Of a stretch of DNA of 64,000 bases, positions 1 through 11,963 are shown piece after piece. This DNA comes from Laetmonice hystrix (Eukaryota). The number at the start of each line of letters is the position of its first letter. The stretch's first letter is position 1. Below the pieces are notes generated by a model. That model searched no databases and had not been told where the DNA came from. It saw only the letters and a list, made by a program, of their open reading frames with translations. The stretch covers positions 30,504,001 through 30,568,000 of the forward strand of contig OZ249438.1 of the NCBI GenBank assembly GCA_965235115.1, read 5' to 3'. Made by a program: the position numbers and the translations under genes.

Positions 1-1192
1 AAAGACCAGCTGCTTGGAAAGGAAGAATAAACAAGTATCTATTATTAGCCTAGCGTGTTTCTAAAACCGGTAATTCCTTGCAGATCCGGGGCTAAAATTC
101 CAATTGATTTTGGTTGCTAGAGAAATACAAAAGGATACGGGTTATAACCAGGAAGTATGATTGTAAAAATATATTATCGCAAACCATAAGAAGAAAGATT
201 TGTCAAAGTTCATCATTTAGTAACCTCAGTTATTGCAAAATTTAGGATGTTTTTATATGACTTTTTGGTACAGGTATCGAGCATACCCAGCTCAGCGCTG
301 AAGTTAAATTTTCTTCTAGAAATCAAATAATGTTATTTAGAGGTGAATTCCAGATTCCAGCTTGCACAGCTCGAGTTTCTGATTAATGTTAATTCCAAAG
401 AACAGACGCGGACCACTGGCTTGGTAGTGGGGGTGGAGGGAAGGCGGGGAGGGGGTTGAGGTTGACCGCCCACCTCATCGACCCCCCCCCCCCCCGGCTG
501 CCTCCCACCCCACCCCCACTACCACCACTCGCCCGCACTGAAATCCTGCATACGCGATCCAAAGTTGCCGACAGCTGTGATAGAAAAGTATGAGAAGTTC
601 ACAAAAACTATTGATGCTTATCTACATATGTATGCAGTTTGGGAAGCGAGGGGCGCCAATGTACCACGGATAATAGCAGCCGAAACATGATCCAAGGATA
701 GCACAACTTCCCTAACATCCTCAACAGTGAACTCTGTCAATGACGAGGCTCAGACATCCCCTTTCTCAGTAGAACTATTTATAGATATAAAAAGGATTTA
801 AAAAAAATTTCCATTAGGGGGGGGACAATAACGCAAAAACAAACAAGAGAGAAGTTATTGGCAACCTTCCCTCCTGTAGCCTTAGGTGTGTAGTCGTTGT
901 GCTTTGAGTCTCACCTTTTATTTACGTTCGGTGACTTCATGGCTGTAAAAGTCTGCATAATACTTGACGAGTAATGAGGCGATTTTTCTCAACACTTATC
1001 TTTTTGTGCTCTCCATGGTACTCTCCATTCAAGTGACATACGACCATGATTATTTACTGGTAAAATGTACATATATCCGTCTATATGTGCCAAAGTCGTT
1101 ATTACGATTAATACCGATTACTGCCGATAGATGAGACTGAGAATGATTGCGGGAATTTCCTCCTGAGCTCTCCAACAGACTTGAGAATTGTG

Positions 1193-1253
1193 GTGCCACC
1201 TAGTGGTGCAGTGTTTATGAGGCTTTGTTTTATTGGTGAGCCAGCAGGGGGCG
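1193..1253. promoter_or_regulatory. Divergent pair of CTCF-like motifs
   Basis: Minus strand CCACTAGGTGGCAC at 1193-1206 and plus strand CCAGCAGGGGGCG at 1241-1253; both match the CCASYAGRKGGCR core. Motif match only. Confidence 0.45.
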
Positions 1254-2699
1254 TACCATTAAGTGCCGCGCCGCTTTGGCCGCAAAACCGAGATGGTGGC
1301 GGGAGGCTGGCAGTGGGAAAAGGGGATTTGACGGACAGGCCTCCCGTGCTTACAGACTCAAGGCAACGCAAGCATGAAGGGGGAGGGGGGGGGGGGGGTT
1401 TCAGGAATATTTTCCTAATCACATCGAAGGATTTTATGGTTTCTTGAAGGAGGATAGCTTTCTAGCTCTTTAAGACACGAGTAAGCACAGTTTTGAGATT
1501 GGAGGTTTATAGGTTTATAGGTTTGCCCACATAACAGATTTATTCTGTGTATGCCGAACTATCAAGCTGACTGGCAGATATATCAAAGGAGTTCCCCCGT
1601 TTCCCACAACCATCTGACGGGTGGGCGGGTAAGGTAGATTAATGTGTTAAGTAAACCCCTTGAAGTGTGAAGTTGTTTACTTTAGATGCTCACCAACACG
1701 TGTCTTGCAGCAAAAACAACTCAAGGACCAATTGTTGCAAATCTCAGAAAACCTTTCACACCCGGCAAGTCCCATTTTCACTATAATTAACAGGACAGAT
1801 CTCTGACATCCCCTGACAACGGACAAGATGAATACAACTCGTCTTGTGTAGATGAAGATATTCCAAAGAAAAATATTTATTTATAAGAAAATCCTTGCAG
1901 GCATAAAAGATTCTTTTGTGTGAAAACAGTAGGATGCAGGGAGGTGTGTAAATAATGAATAGTGTTAGGGTTGGAAAAGAGTGATACATGGGTGGCAGGA
2001 AGGATTAGGGCGAAGAACGCCTGGATTGAGGGATTAAAGTTTAGAGCATGTTACCCCCTCACAGCTAGACAAGACCAAACTGTCTGTTTGCCCTGTTGAA
2101 CCATTTATACCACAGATGTGTACTAGGTGAGGAACGTTTATTAGATTATTCGAATCAGTTCCTTCTTTATATCAGTATCGATTGCTCCGAATGGGTAATT
2201 CAAAATAAATACCTTTATGATAATGCATGGTTAAATTTACCCAGGAATAACGCCTCCTCCCCAAATATGACATTGACTGCATACTTTCAGTGTTCTAACC
2301 TGCACTTGAACATTTTCTAATGGTTCCATGACAGTTCTGTACGATCGTGAGGAATTATTGTTACCGTAACACCGAGGGCTGCCAGGCAATGTTTCCCAGG
2401 ATTATGCAATTTTATCCCATTAAAGGTTCACCTCATGAAACTATGGTAGAGTTTTATGGTTGTTATTCTGTCAACAGACATGCCTCATGCAATCTTGCGT
2501 GTAATCCGATGAATTTAATCTCTAAAAGGTTCCATGTTAAACTTTTTTGTTGCATATTTCCGTTTACAGTTTGCTTGCACCACGGCAAGATTAGGTCAGT
2601 CAGTGCCTCACAGCGGGTTGATTTGCAAAATAGCAACTCCATCCCCTTTTCAGCGTTGAAATATGAAGATAATAAATAATAGGGGAAGACGACACATAC

Positions 2700-3035
2700 A
2701 TGTACTCTGTAACATCTTAAATTGTCTTGTTCAATATGCCAAGAAAGCTGTATACCGCGGTGGTCCTCTTCAACCCACCTGTCGTGATAGGTGTGGGTGT
2801 GGGAGTTTGTATGACGTGGTCCCTGGGGTGACAGGTTGTTATAATTGATTAAATACATCCCGTCGGTCTGTGGTCGTATCTCATCAAAGGTCTGCCCTAC
2901 AACACTACGATACGCTCTGACTTGTGACAGCCTTTTGTGATCTACGGTACATGCACATGGGGTACACTCCTGCAAACAGAGAAATAGAGTTCTAACTAGG
3001 AAACTATGGTCAGAAACTCGGTAATTAAGTTCCAA
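2700..3035 (-). mobile_element. Decayed CR1-type LINE ORF2 3' remnant
   Basis: Part of the 190-aa minus ORF: FLVRTL...TP...KRLSQVRAYRSVV...MYLINYNNL...RHTNSHTHTY, then YSFL in a shifted frame. Follows the order of CR1 RT-tail motifs (LVRPxLEY..W.P, LExVQRRAARFV, MxYKIxNNL, TRxSH, YSFF), heavily degenerate. Confidence 0.35.
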
Positions 3036-3581
3036 ATAGTGATGGGTTACACATTGGAAGAATTAGTATTTCGTTTACACTTGGCCAATTACAATGAATG
3101 GAGAAAATATGTAAGAACGTATCACCAAACAATTTAATAACTATCAAGGTTTTCTTTGAATCAGTGACCCCAAATAGTTTTCCCATTCATCTTGTCATAT
3201 AAACAATGATATTTTTATCCAAACGTAAAGCAAAAAGACCATGATGTATGGGCCGAACACCTGTTTGATCTATTGTCATCGAGTCTTGTTATGGTGATGT
3301 CTTTGGTTATGTCGACATTTTCCCCATAATGAAGTACCTTTTTTATCTCCTTACCCTTGTACAAAACTAGTGTTTACACATGAAAAGCTTATGGCATATA
3401 ACAAGGAAATAATGCATTTACCAGTAAAGCGTGAAATACAGTCTGGAAAGAATTTTCCTTTGACCTCATTCCTAATTTATTTTTTCAGCGGTTACTTAAA
3501 CCTTTCCTCTCCTTTACTCCATTGATATCCTAGGTCGAAGCTAGGCTTGCATTGTTATTTTTGGCACTTATATATCTTCCG

Positions 3582-3830
3582 CTACCTGTAGGCATGATAG
3601 AGAGGCTTGTAGTCCGCTGTCGTGAGATACGTAAAAAAGTTTCCAATAATCAGAGTCTGAGATAAAGGAAGCTCTGTCAAAAGACGATATATTTTAGGAA
3701 ATAATGTGTTAAAAGATATTGCTACAGATGGTATTGACATAGAGATGTTGTCTATAATTACCGCAGTAATCCTTCTTCCTGCAGTATTAAAAGCAATTAG
3801 AAACAAATCGGTACCAGCAGTATCTCATTG
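3582..3830 (-). mobile_element. Possible apurinic-endonuclease-domain remnant (LINE or Helitron derived)
   Basis: ITAVII...F...IYRLLTELPLSQTLIIGNF resembles the APE segment IxxxYRPP...F...L..LL..L...IILGDFN; catalytic residues not intact. Confidence 0.22.
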
Positions 3831-6800
3831 TAGGTCTTATTAAAAGCACAGCAGATGTTTGAAACTGATGTACTGTTAGGAACCACACAGAGTGCTTTAC
3901 TGGTGGCGGGAGCCCCGACCAACCACAGCCACCGTAACAAATCTCGGCATATGCACGTCTCGCAATTAGAACCAATTACAGGCACCGTCTCTCGTCTAGT
4001 TAGTTACTCCCACGAGCCACTTCACGGGGCTGTAAATTCATCTCACTTATTATACACACGTTGCTTGGCAACTAGACAAGCCAAAGCCGACCATTTGTGG
4101 TGCAGGCACGTGCCACTGTCTGCATGATTATTAGCATTAGAATTTTCCTTCTTTAAAAGGGGTGTGCGCGCAAAATAGTAGGTGCAGTTTAAAATGTGTT
4201 GATGGTCAGACGGGAGTTTATGATCTGAAGTGGTCAATCAGTGGTCAAGGGTTTATTGGAGTGGACACGCGCAGCTGGGCGGGACCCCGAGGACCGACGC
4301 TTGACCACCTGGGGCAGATGTCAGTGGTGGCATTTCTGCTGAGACACCTGACCACATTCTGATGGGTTGAAGGGAAGGGGTGAGGTGGGCTGGGGTGGTG
4401 GGGTGTACGTCAACGGGGATTGGTGGCTGTGTCACGGTAATAATCACGGCACATAATTACATTTCTGCCAGTCTGCATCCATCATAAGTGACAGTGATCT
4501 TGATTAAGTTAGCATTAATTAGATTAATTAACTTAATGAACATATGGATAGAGAGGGGTTATTTATGAAACTTGAAGCTACGGTCTGATACTTTTAGGGT
4601 GGGTTTCCGGTATGATTGATGATACTATCAGACGGTTAATAAAAAAGACATTGGAAAATGTACTTTTCTTCTCAATTCGCGCATTATAAAATATCGATTT
4701 CAATAATATATGGGGTAAAACGCGATAAAGATACATCGAATCTGTCACTTTTACGGTGGGATAAATTTTGATGAAGTTTTGAAGTGTTCGAACCCTGGTG
4801 ACACTCAAAACGTAAAGAATCAAGGGGCTTCGACGTCGTGTCACTTTGCTGTGACTGGAACGTTTGTTTACCCCGGCGTTTCTAAACTAGGGTAGCTGTT
4901 GTTTTCGTTCTCAGGCACCTCGGACGTTAAAAGTATCGTTCCTTGCAACAGTATCAATTAGGCTATTTTGAAACGGAGCTGAAAGGGCACAGCCGAGCGT
5001 ACAGTTGGCTTGTATTTGGCGTGTGCCAGGGAAGATTAATTGAAATCTTTGTGTTTGTCATCTGGACGGATCTATTGACTGTAGTATTATGTTTGTGAGT
5101 GAAGGATTAAAGTAAAGATTGTATTTGGAGGTTTACACTGATGCCAGATTCTGTGCTTACTGTATAAGTATAGACCTCTAGTAGCAAGACGTTTCTATGT
5201 GTAGACGTCTGGAATCTGACGCGAGCCTTATATATATACAAGTATGGGTGGAAGGGGAGGTGCCAGGGTGGCCTCCAACAAGCGGAGTGGACGCTTGGAA
5301 GTGGCAGCTGCTTACATATGTCCATCTGTAGTGGACAATGGCAGGCGGTGGGAATGGTCACCTGGCGGGCTGGTCACTCAGGCGGCCAGTGACAGGCAGT
5401 CCGTCAATCAGTGTCGAGGACCGTATAGTTGACCACCTCACCCTATACCCGCCACCTTCCTGGCGTCGTCGTCCTCGGGTTGTGTAACGCTCCGCAGACA
5501 CCTGGGGTTCATGGATTGTCTTACTGCTCCCGCCCCACCTAATCTACCCGTCCCACCCCTTCCCATCCCACGCCCCAACTCTTACTTTCTCATATTTACC
5601 ACGGATTCCTGCGAATGCGAGAATAAGAAATAAAAGTGCCAATCCTAGAATTGTTACTTTTCAGAATGATTCACGAAGCGAGTTGCAGATTTAGGAACCT
5701 TGAACTCACTCTAATAGGACAGTTTATAGCAGGGTGATATTTGATCTTAGTTGCCTGCCCACTCTCAACAATGTCCGTACGGATTGGCCGTCAGACGAGC
5801 AGCTATGAGAAACCCCATGTATTGGTATGTTAGTGGATAGTGAGGGTGAGGGGATTGTGCCTAGTGACTGCCCGAGCTGAGAGAGAGGTATGTTAGTGAC
5901 ACCTGGAGTGGTCAGTCTCGCAAATCCTGCCCAGAAATGAGTGGTCACGCGCCCCCGGGCCACCTTGCTCGTGTCAGCGGAGTCGGACGCCAATAAGTTA
6001 ACGCTGATCGATTGTTGTTTGTGTCAGCCTCCACCACACCTGTCTTTTGTTCTCACACTCGTCTCCAGATGGAGGCACTGTGCAGGGGGTGGCTCCCATC
6101 ATTGTATTACTCAATTAATGGCCGGGCAAAGACGGAAGCAGCTGATGACCCTTGTCCTACTCGGCTTCACACGCCGATATCAGGAGGAGAAGTTACAGAT
6201 AAAGCTACGACGGTAATGGACTTCTCGGAACATGAATCGTTGCCACAGTCAACTTAAAGGCTTATATTTCAGATCATCAGTATTGACTGACACGGTGGTC
6301 TCTGGGACACATAAATCAATCCTTTAATAGAGATGATCCTCCACCTGACAAGTAGAGGTTGATAGTATGTTTTACTACAATGGTCACATTGTTTCATAAG
6401 TGACCAACTCTCACAGGAAATCACATTATGACATACCAACCGATTGAGTTCACCTTCTCGGAATTTTATGGTAACAAAATGAAAGCTAGATTTATTGTTG
6501 TAAAATGTACTTGAACTTGTGGTATTATAACAGAATTATCTTTTGGCATATTTCGGCCCGTCGACTACTACAATGCCCCCCCCCCCCCCCATCTCTGCCA
6601 GTGAAATAGACGCAATACGCTGTTATCACCCCGCTGAGCCCCCACCCCATCCCTCTCACCCCATCCCGTCCCCCACTCCAGCGGTGGACACCCGAACCCT
6701 ACCCATCCCCAGCCCCAATCCACACCCGGAATTAACCGGCTAGGTCTTCCCTAATGAGGGGCACGCGGCCGCCAGACACCCGATACTATACTCAGCTGTC

Positions 6801-6989
6801 AGGTAAAGCCCAACGATAGTACCCTATTAGCCCCGCCGGGAGGGCTGAAAACTAAACCCTGTTGGACCCCAGCATTTCCTAATTACCTCCACCCCAACCA
6901 AGTCCCGGTGGAACTGTATGTGTTGGAGCACTCTCAAAATTCCCGTATACTGCTTTTGTCTGCCCTATAGAAAATAATCCAATGGTCAA

Positions 6990-7169
6990 CAGTGGCGGAT
7001 CCGGGGGGGGGGGGGGGGTGTTGTTTAGGGGGGTCGAACCACCTAAACAACACCCCCCCCCTTGGCAACCTAAATTGACCATGCTGAACCCCCCACCCCC
7101 CCCCCACCCCCACCTTAGCAAATTCTACCCCTGACGCCCCCCGTCACCAAAATCTTGAAGCCGCCCCTG
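6990..7169. mobile_element. Short MITE-like element, CAGxGGCGG terminal family
   Basis: Left end CAGTGGCGGATCC plus G16, right end CCGCCCCTG (reverse complement CAGGGGCGG); G/C-run interior; no TSD recognised. Confidence 0.55.
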
Positions 7170-8329
7170 ACTATAGTGGCCAGAGTAAAATAGCTCCCCT
7201 TTCCCGTCAAAAGCATTTCACAATGTCTTCGATACCCAAATCAGGGCAAATTAGTGATCAGCTTGCAGGTTAGTAAGTGGAAGGGGTCGAAATTAGGGGT
7301 CGGTGCTAGATGAGGAAGTTGTAACGTCACTTAAATATCTCAGCGACCCCAGGTGGGTAATTACTGAAGCGTTAATAGTTTAACGGATACCTCATAGAGG
7401 GCGCCACTGCTGTGCCTGGGTCCCTTGGTCTTAACCAAGTTAGTTTCTGTCCGCTGGATAACTTATATAACTTATCAACAGTATGTTTCCCATGTCCATA
7501 TCTCAACATAGATGCCATAGTACCCTAAATTAATGTTGACTTCCATTTATCTCATTTTTTCCCCTTTGCATTTAATGTAGGCCTATGGCATAGTTACAAT
7601 GAATTAAGCGGAAGTAGGCCTTAACATCTCGAGATGTTGACTAGGTACAAATATATCAAGCAGGTTATGTCTTTGCACCTCAGTGCGACATCAAAAGGCG
7701 TTCGTCAGGTTACCTGGGAAGGAAGTGAGGAAACAATTAAATCCTAGTCCATCCCATTGTTGATTGTAAAGGCGTCTGAAGGGACGGGTTTGTTGGCTTT
7801 TTTTGGTTGATGGCCGTGGCTGAGTGGTGTGTGACAATGGGCTGTGAGGGTGGTCTATCGGTTACGTCACTATGGCAACAGAAGGGTATGGACCAGCAGG
7901 TTAAAGGGTTACAATACTTACCCTTTCGCTTCAGTACATGCCTGTAATTCGGATTGGCGAGTTGGGTAGACCCGTAGTCAAACCGTGAGTTGGGGGTGGA
8001 GGTCCCAGTGTTGGTATGCTGGCTGGGCCGTGTGGCCTGGCGTAAGGGTAGTGGGGACATTATCTACATCAACCCTCAAACGTCTAGCGGCAGCCTTAAG
8101 GGGAGAATGAAGCGAGAGAACAATAAGATGTCCCCAGTGTTGTCAGGTGGCATCCAAACATACTAGGGTGACGATTAAACCCGGAAACCCCCGAGGCTAC
8201 TGTATCGTCAGGGTCTTTACTACGATGACAGAAACCATAGTTTTAGTAAGGGAATGTCGAATTGAATCTACTTGGAGAGCACTAGTCACCTTTTATTGCA
8301 ATAAGAGAAAGCTGGATCCAACCTACGGG

Positions 8330-8406
8330 TAGTCTCGATCACCAGACCCTTTTCACCGGTAGAGGCCGCTCGTCGCTCGAAAAAAGGGTCTGGACGCAAA
8401 CGCCTA
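8330..8406. mobile_element. 77-bp hairpin element with TAG...CTA ends
   Basis: TAGTCTCGATCA-CCAGACCCTTTT ... AAAAGGGTCTGG-ACGCAAACGCCTA: perfect 12-bp subterminal inverted repeat with TAG/CTA outer trinucleotides. Confidence 0.5.
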
Positions 8407-11400
8407 TTTAGGTTACACGAACAGGGTGACTGTGATAGTAAACGATCGTCGGCGCTGATTGGACGAGAGCGGCATTGTGACCTAGAAACCTCGACCTTAC
8501 TCTGGTCCCCTGCTCTAAATGCCAGCGCCGCGAAGCAAGAGTCAGGGAACCCGCCCCATCTCGGGCTTTCCGGGCAAAACACCTCGAATGTATTTCGGGC
8601 GCTACCATATTGAAACTACTTCCAGTCACATTATTCGATGGGGTCATGTGACCGGCGATGGCAGACGCATGACATGGATTCCCGATTGGTATCAATGCTG
8701 AGGGCAACGATAAACATCTTCCGGATTCACGGATTTCAACTTTTTTGCGACTGAAATTTGTGTTAAAATCCCACTTCAATACAACCAGATACACCAAAAT
8801 GCACAAAATTTGTGTCAGATTCATCAGTTTTCGCGATCTGTTGGAACTACTTAGCAGGGCGATAGAACATGAGTGGTGATGTGACCTCACAGGCGTTTAG
8901 CGCTTGTAGCTTTGGGCCTGTCTTACATCCGAAGGTATTTCGCAACCGGAAATGAAATGACCTCGGACGTTCCGATTGGGACCCGCCTAGGCCACATCCA
9001 GATATGGGGAGACAGGTAAGGGTGCTGACATCTGGTGGCATCAGCCCGCAGATGTATTTGCGTCCAGTCCGTATATCCAGCTTGCGGATAGGAGGACTGG
9101 CGGTCGAGTCTAGACAGTGGGCAGCCCGGCAGAGGGCTCAAGAGTAGAAGTGACCCCCCCCCCCCCCCGTGGTTACCAAAGATATATCAGATATACAGTA
9201 GGTGTATAATGCATTTATTTTAGCCGTATGTATTTTACTGTGGTTGTATCGTCCGGGCAGGGTTACTGTTGAAGATGTCCTTCACGTAGCAACTGTGCTG
9301 CGCGTGCTGATGAAGGTGACCTAGTCCAATATTTTGTTCCACATTTTTCTGTGGAGCATTCTTAGTGTCCTTGGTAAGTGTTAGTTTGGAGTATAGACTG
9401 AATAACATAGATTTGATTTCATTCCTTGAACATTCCTGCAGTCATGGAGTTGAACTGTTAATGTATTCCCGTTTTGTTTCATTTAGTGCATTAGGTGAAA
9501 AGAATTCCCTGATGACATAACCGCAGTGACAGTGACCAGAGAGTACGTTACTGTTATCATTTATCACCAAAAACCAGTCCTAATAAGTGCATGCTCCACT
9601 CGACATTGCATTAATGTTGATTTATAGAATTTTGAAAAAAGTGAAAAAAGGATTACTATTCGATCACAGTTACATATGCTTTATGATAAAACTATGATTT
9701 ACGTTTTGGTATTTAAGAGAAGCAGAGAAAAAGTTTAGTGGACGAAGCATTGGTCAGTTAAAATGCTCATTTATTGTTATACCGTTAGTATGATAACTTA
9801 ATGTTTGCGTGACTGACGATCGTAACTTAGATCGACGTCCTGTGTGGTTTATTGATTATAATAAACACAAGTAATTAATGAATGGTCTGAACTAAATGGT
9901 CAATGTGGGGGTTTCTTGGTTCTTACGGTTCAGTGCCCTCAGTCACAGGTTGCATTGACGACAATTATGTACAAATGTTTTCGCAGCGTTTGCTTATTTT
10001 TGGTCTGGATCCTATAAATTTGTGTCGCTCCGTATAATTATGTATGATGTGAAAACGTTACGAAGCTGTGTATTCCGTATTAACTGATTGCTTGGTGTTG
10101 AATCAATGTGGCGCCGATTCCCGCGCATACAGGTGTTTACCCCACATACCAGAACACCTGTGGGAGTTGTATTTTATGATAGGGGCAGGGGTTGATTAGA
10201 TAAAGGGCCCGGCGTCCCTGGTCAGGTGGGGGAAGCGGCATGCAGGTGTATGTAGAGATTCCCTGATCACCTGGCATCATCTTACCACTACCTTCCCACC
10301 TGGGAGGTGTGGGAGGGGGTAACGTCGATAAAAATGGAAAAAAAAACCCCACACACAAACACCCCGTACCACGTGGCTCCAACTTGTAGAATGGGCGATA
10401 GGATATTTTTTTCCACGTGGAGTGGATCTCTCTGCTCAGTGCAATAGTAGACTGAGCTGCCAACAATGGACAGGTGGTGGTGGAGGCGGGATTAGTGGTT
10501 AGCACGGGAGACAGTGGCGGCGGCGGTGGTATAGGTTATCTATGCCGCCAACTCGGTGAGCCGGCCGGGCGGCCAGGCGCGCGGTCTGAAGTGACCGATT
10601 TTATTGTCAGTTTTCACCTTGTCAGTTCCGGCGTGGCGTCTGGCGCGCGCCAGCCACGTGCCCCACCTGCCGCCTTGTGTCACCTGTATTTTCTTGACCC
10701 AGTCAGTTCCTACCCTCCCCCCATCAGTTCACCCCGCATGGCTTACCTGACGCACAGGTGGATTCTGTAATCTTTGGAGCATGCAACACATGTCTTTATA
10801 ATGTATGTAAATGGATATCTCCACCGATAACTGCTTCTCTGAACTCTAATGGGGACCCCGACAAATAACTCAGGGGAGAAAAACACAGACAATAAATTCA
10901 CCCATACGGGGGGAGTTACCGGTAAACTTCAAAAATGTAATACATAATTAATAGAGTAAAGAGCTAACACCCCCCCCCCCCCACCACCACCCCCACCCCC
11001 ACAAACACACATACTTACCTGCAACAATAACATAACACAAACACTTGGGTTGTAGACTTAACGACCTGCTAAATTTATTGATAGATTCCCAAAAAATCAT
11101 GGAGTCAAATTGAGGGAATGCATGACAAGGCAGACACTGGCATTAGTATTGACATGTCATGAGTTAGTATCATTCCCAGCTGTCATTTACTATTATTTAC
11201 TCGTACAACTCTGATTGCACTGTTATCGCTGATCCTATAGGCAAAACACTGCAGTAAACAGTGTGTTTCCTTGACAACTAACTATGCAAGGACTGTTGTA
11301 GTCCACTTAAAATTGGCGGGATATTTTTTATCTCCTACTGACAGCCTGTTGTGTAATTCTATGGGAAAAGTATACAGGTTTTCTTCAAAGTGCAAACACT

Positions 11401-11835
11401 CAACAAGTGTCTCTTAGTAAAGTTATCTGCTTGATTAAGTCTTCAAAAATGCCGTTTGTTGTCATCTATTGTATGTACTGTTGAAGTTGTCAGGTTTTTA
11501 CAGCTCAGCTGTTAAGTTTTATTACTGGTGTGTTCTCTTGAGTAGGTATGAATCATGTGTTAGGAAAGACCACCTGCCACACAGAACCTGAGGGTGGGAT
11601 TTTTTTTTAAAGTTAGGAAAAGTTAAGTTTTCACGAAGGTATAGTGAGCTGAGTGAGATGTTCACCTACATGTGTTTGAAGTGGTTGGGTCTAGAAAATA
11701 TCAGTTATTTAGGGAAGAGGACAGTGTCAGACGGCACTGATAATGTCCATCTTCACCGACATATCCTCTATATTATGTTCCTCAGTCGACACCTGAATAA
11801 ACCGACATTCTACTGCCTGTTTTTGTCTTTTTCAG

Positions 11836-11963
11836 ACAAGGAGACTCTAGTTACTGATGCCGGAAAGTTGTATGTTCTCGACTCCCTGTTGGGCAGACTC
11901 AAGTCGGAGGGTCACCGAGTCCTCATCTACTCCCAGATGACTCGCATGATTGACCTCCTGGAG
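11836..11963 (+). CDS. INO80: INO80 chromatin-remodelling ATPase, internal exon (128 nt, start of HELICc lobe)
   Basis: Translates (D)[42 protein letters not shown], matching the INO80 [37 protein letters not shown] motif. Acceptor ttttgtctttttcag, donor GAG|gtgagt; 2+42x3 nt. Confidence 0.97.

Noticed and set aside
5244-5432. Candidate upstream INO80 exon (..WEWSPGGLV..)
   Set aside because: Lacks the expected GWSxIxIP ending and a phase-1 donor; the preceding exon is probably upstream of the window.
11011-11021. ATACTTACCTG, identical to the U1 snRNA 5' end
   Set aside because: Similarity stops after 11 nt, with no U1 stem-loops or Sm site; it is simply the complement of a consensus donor.
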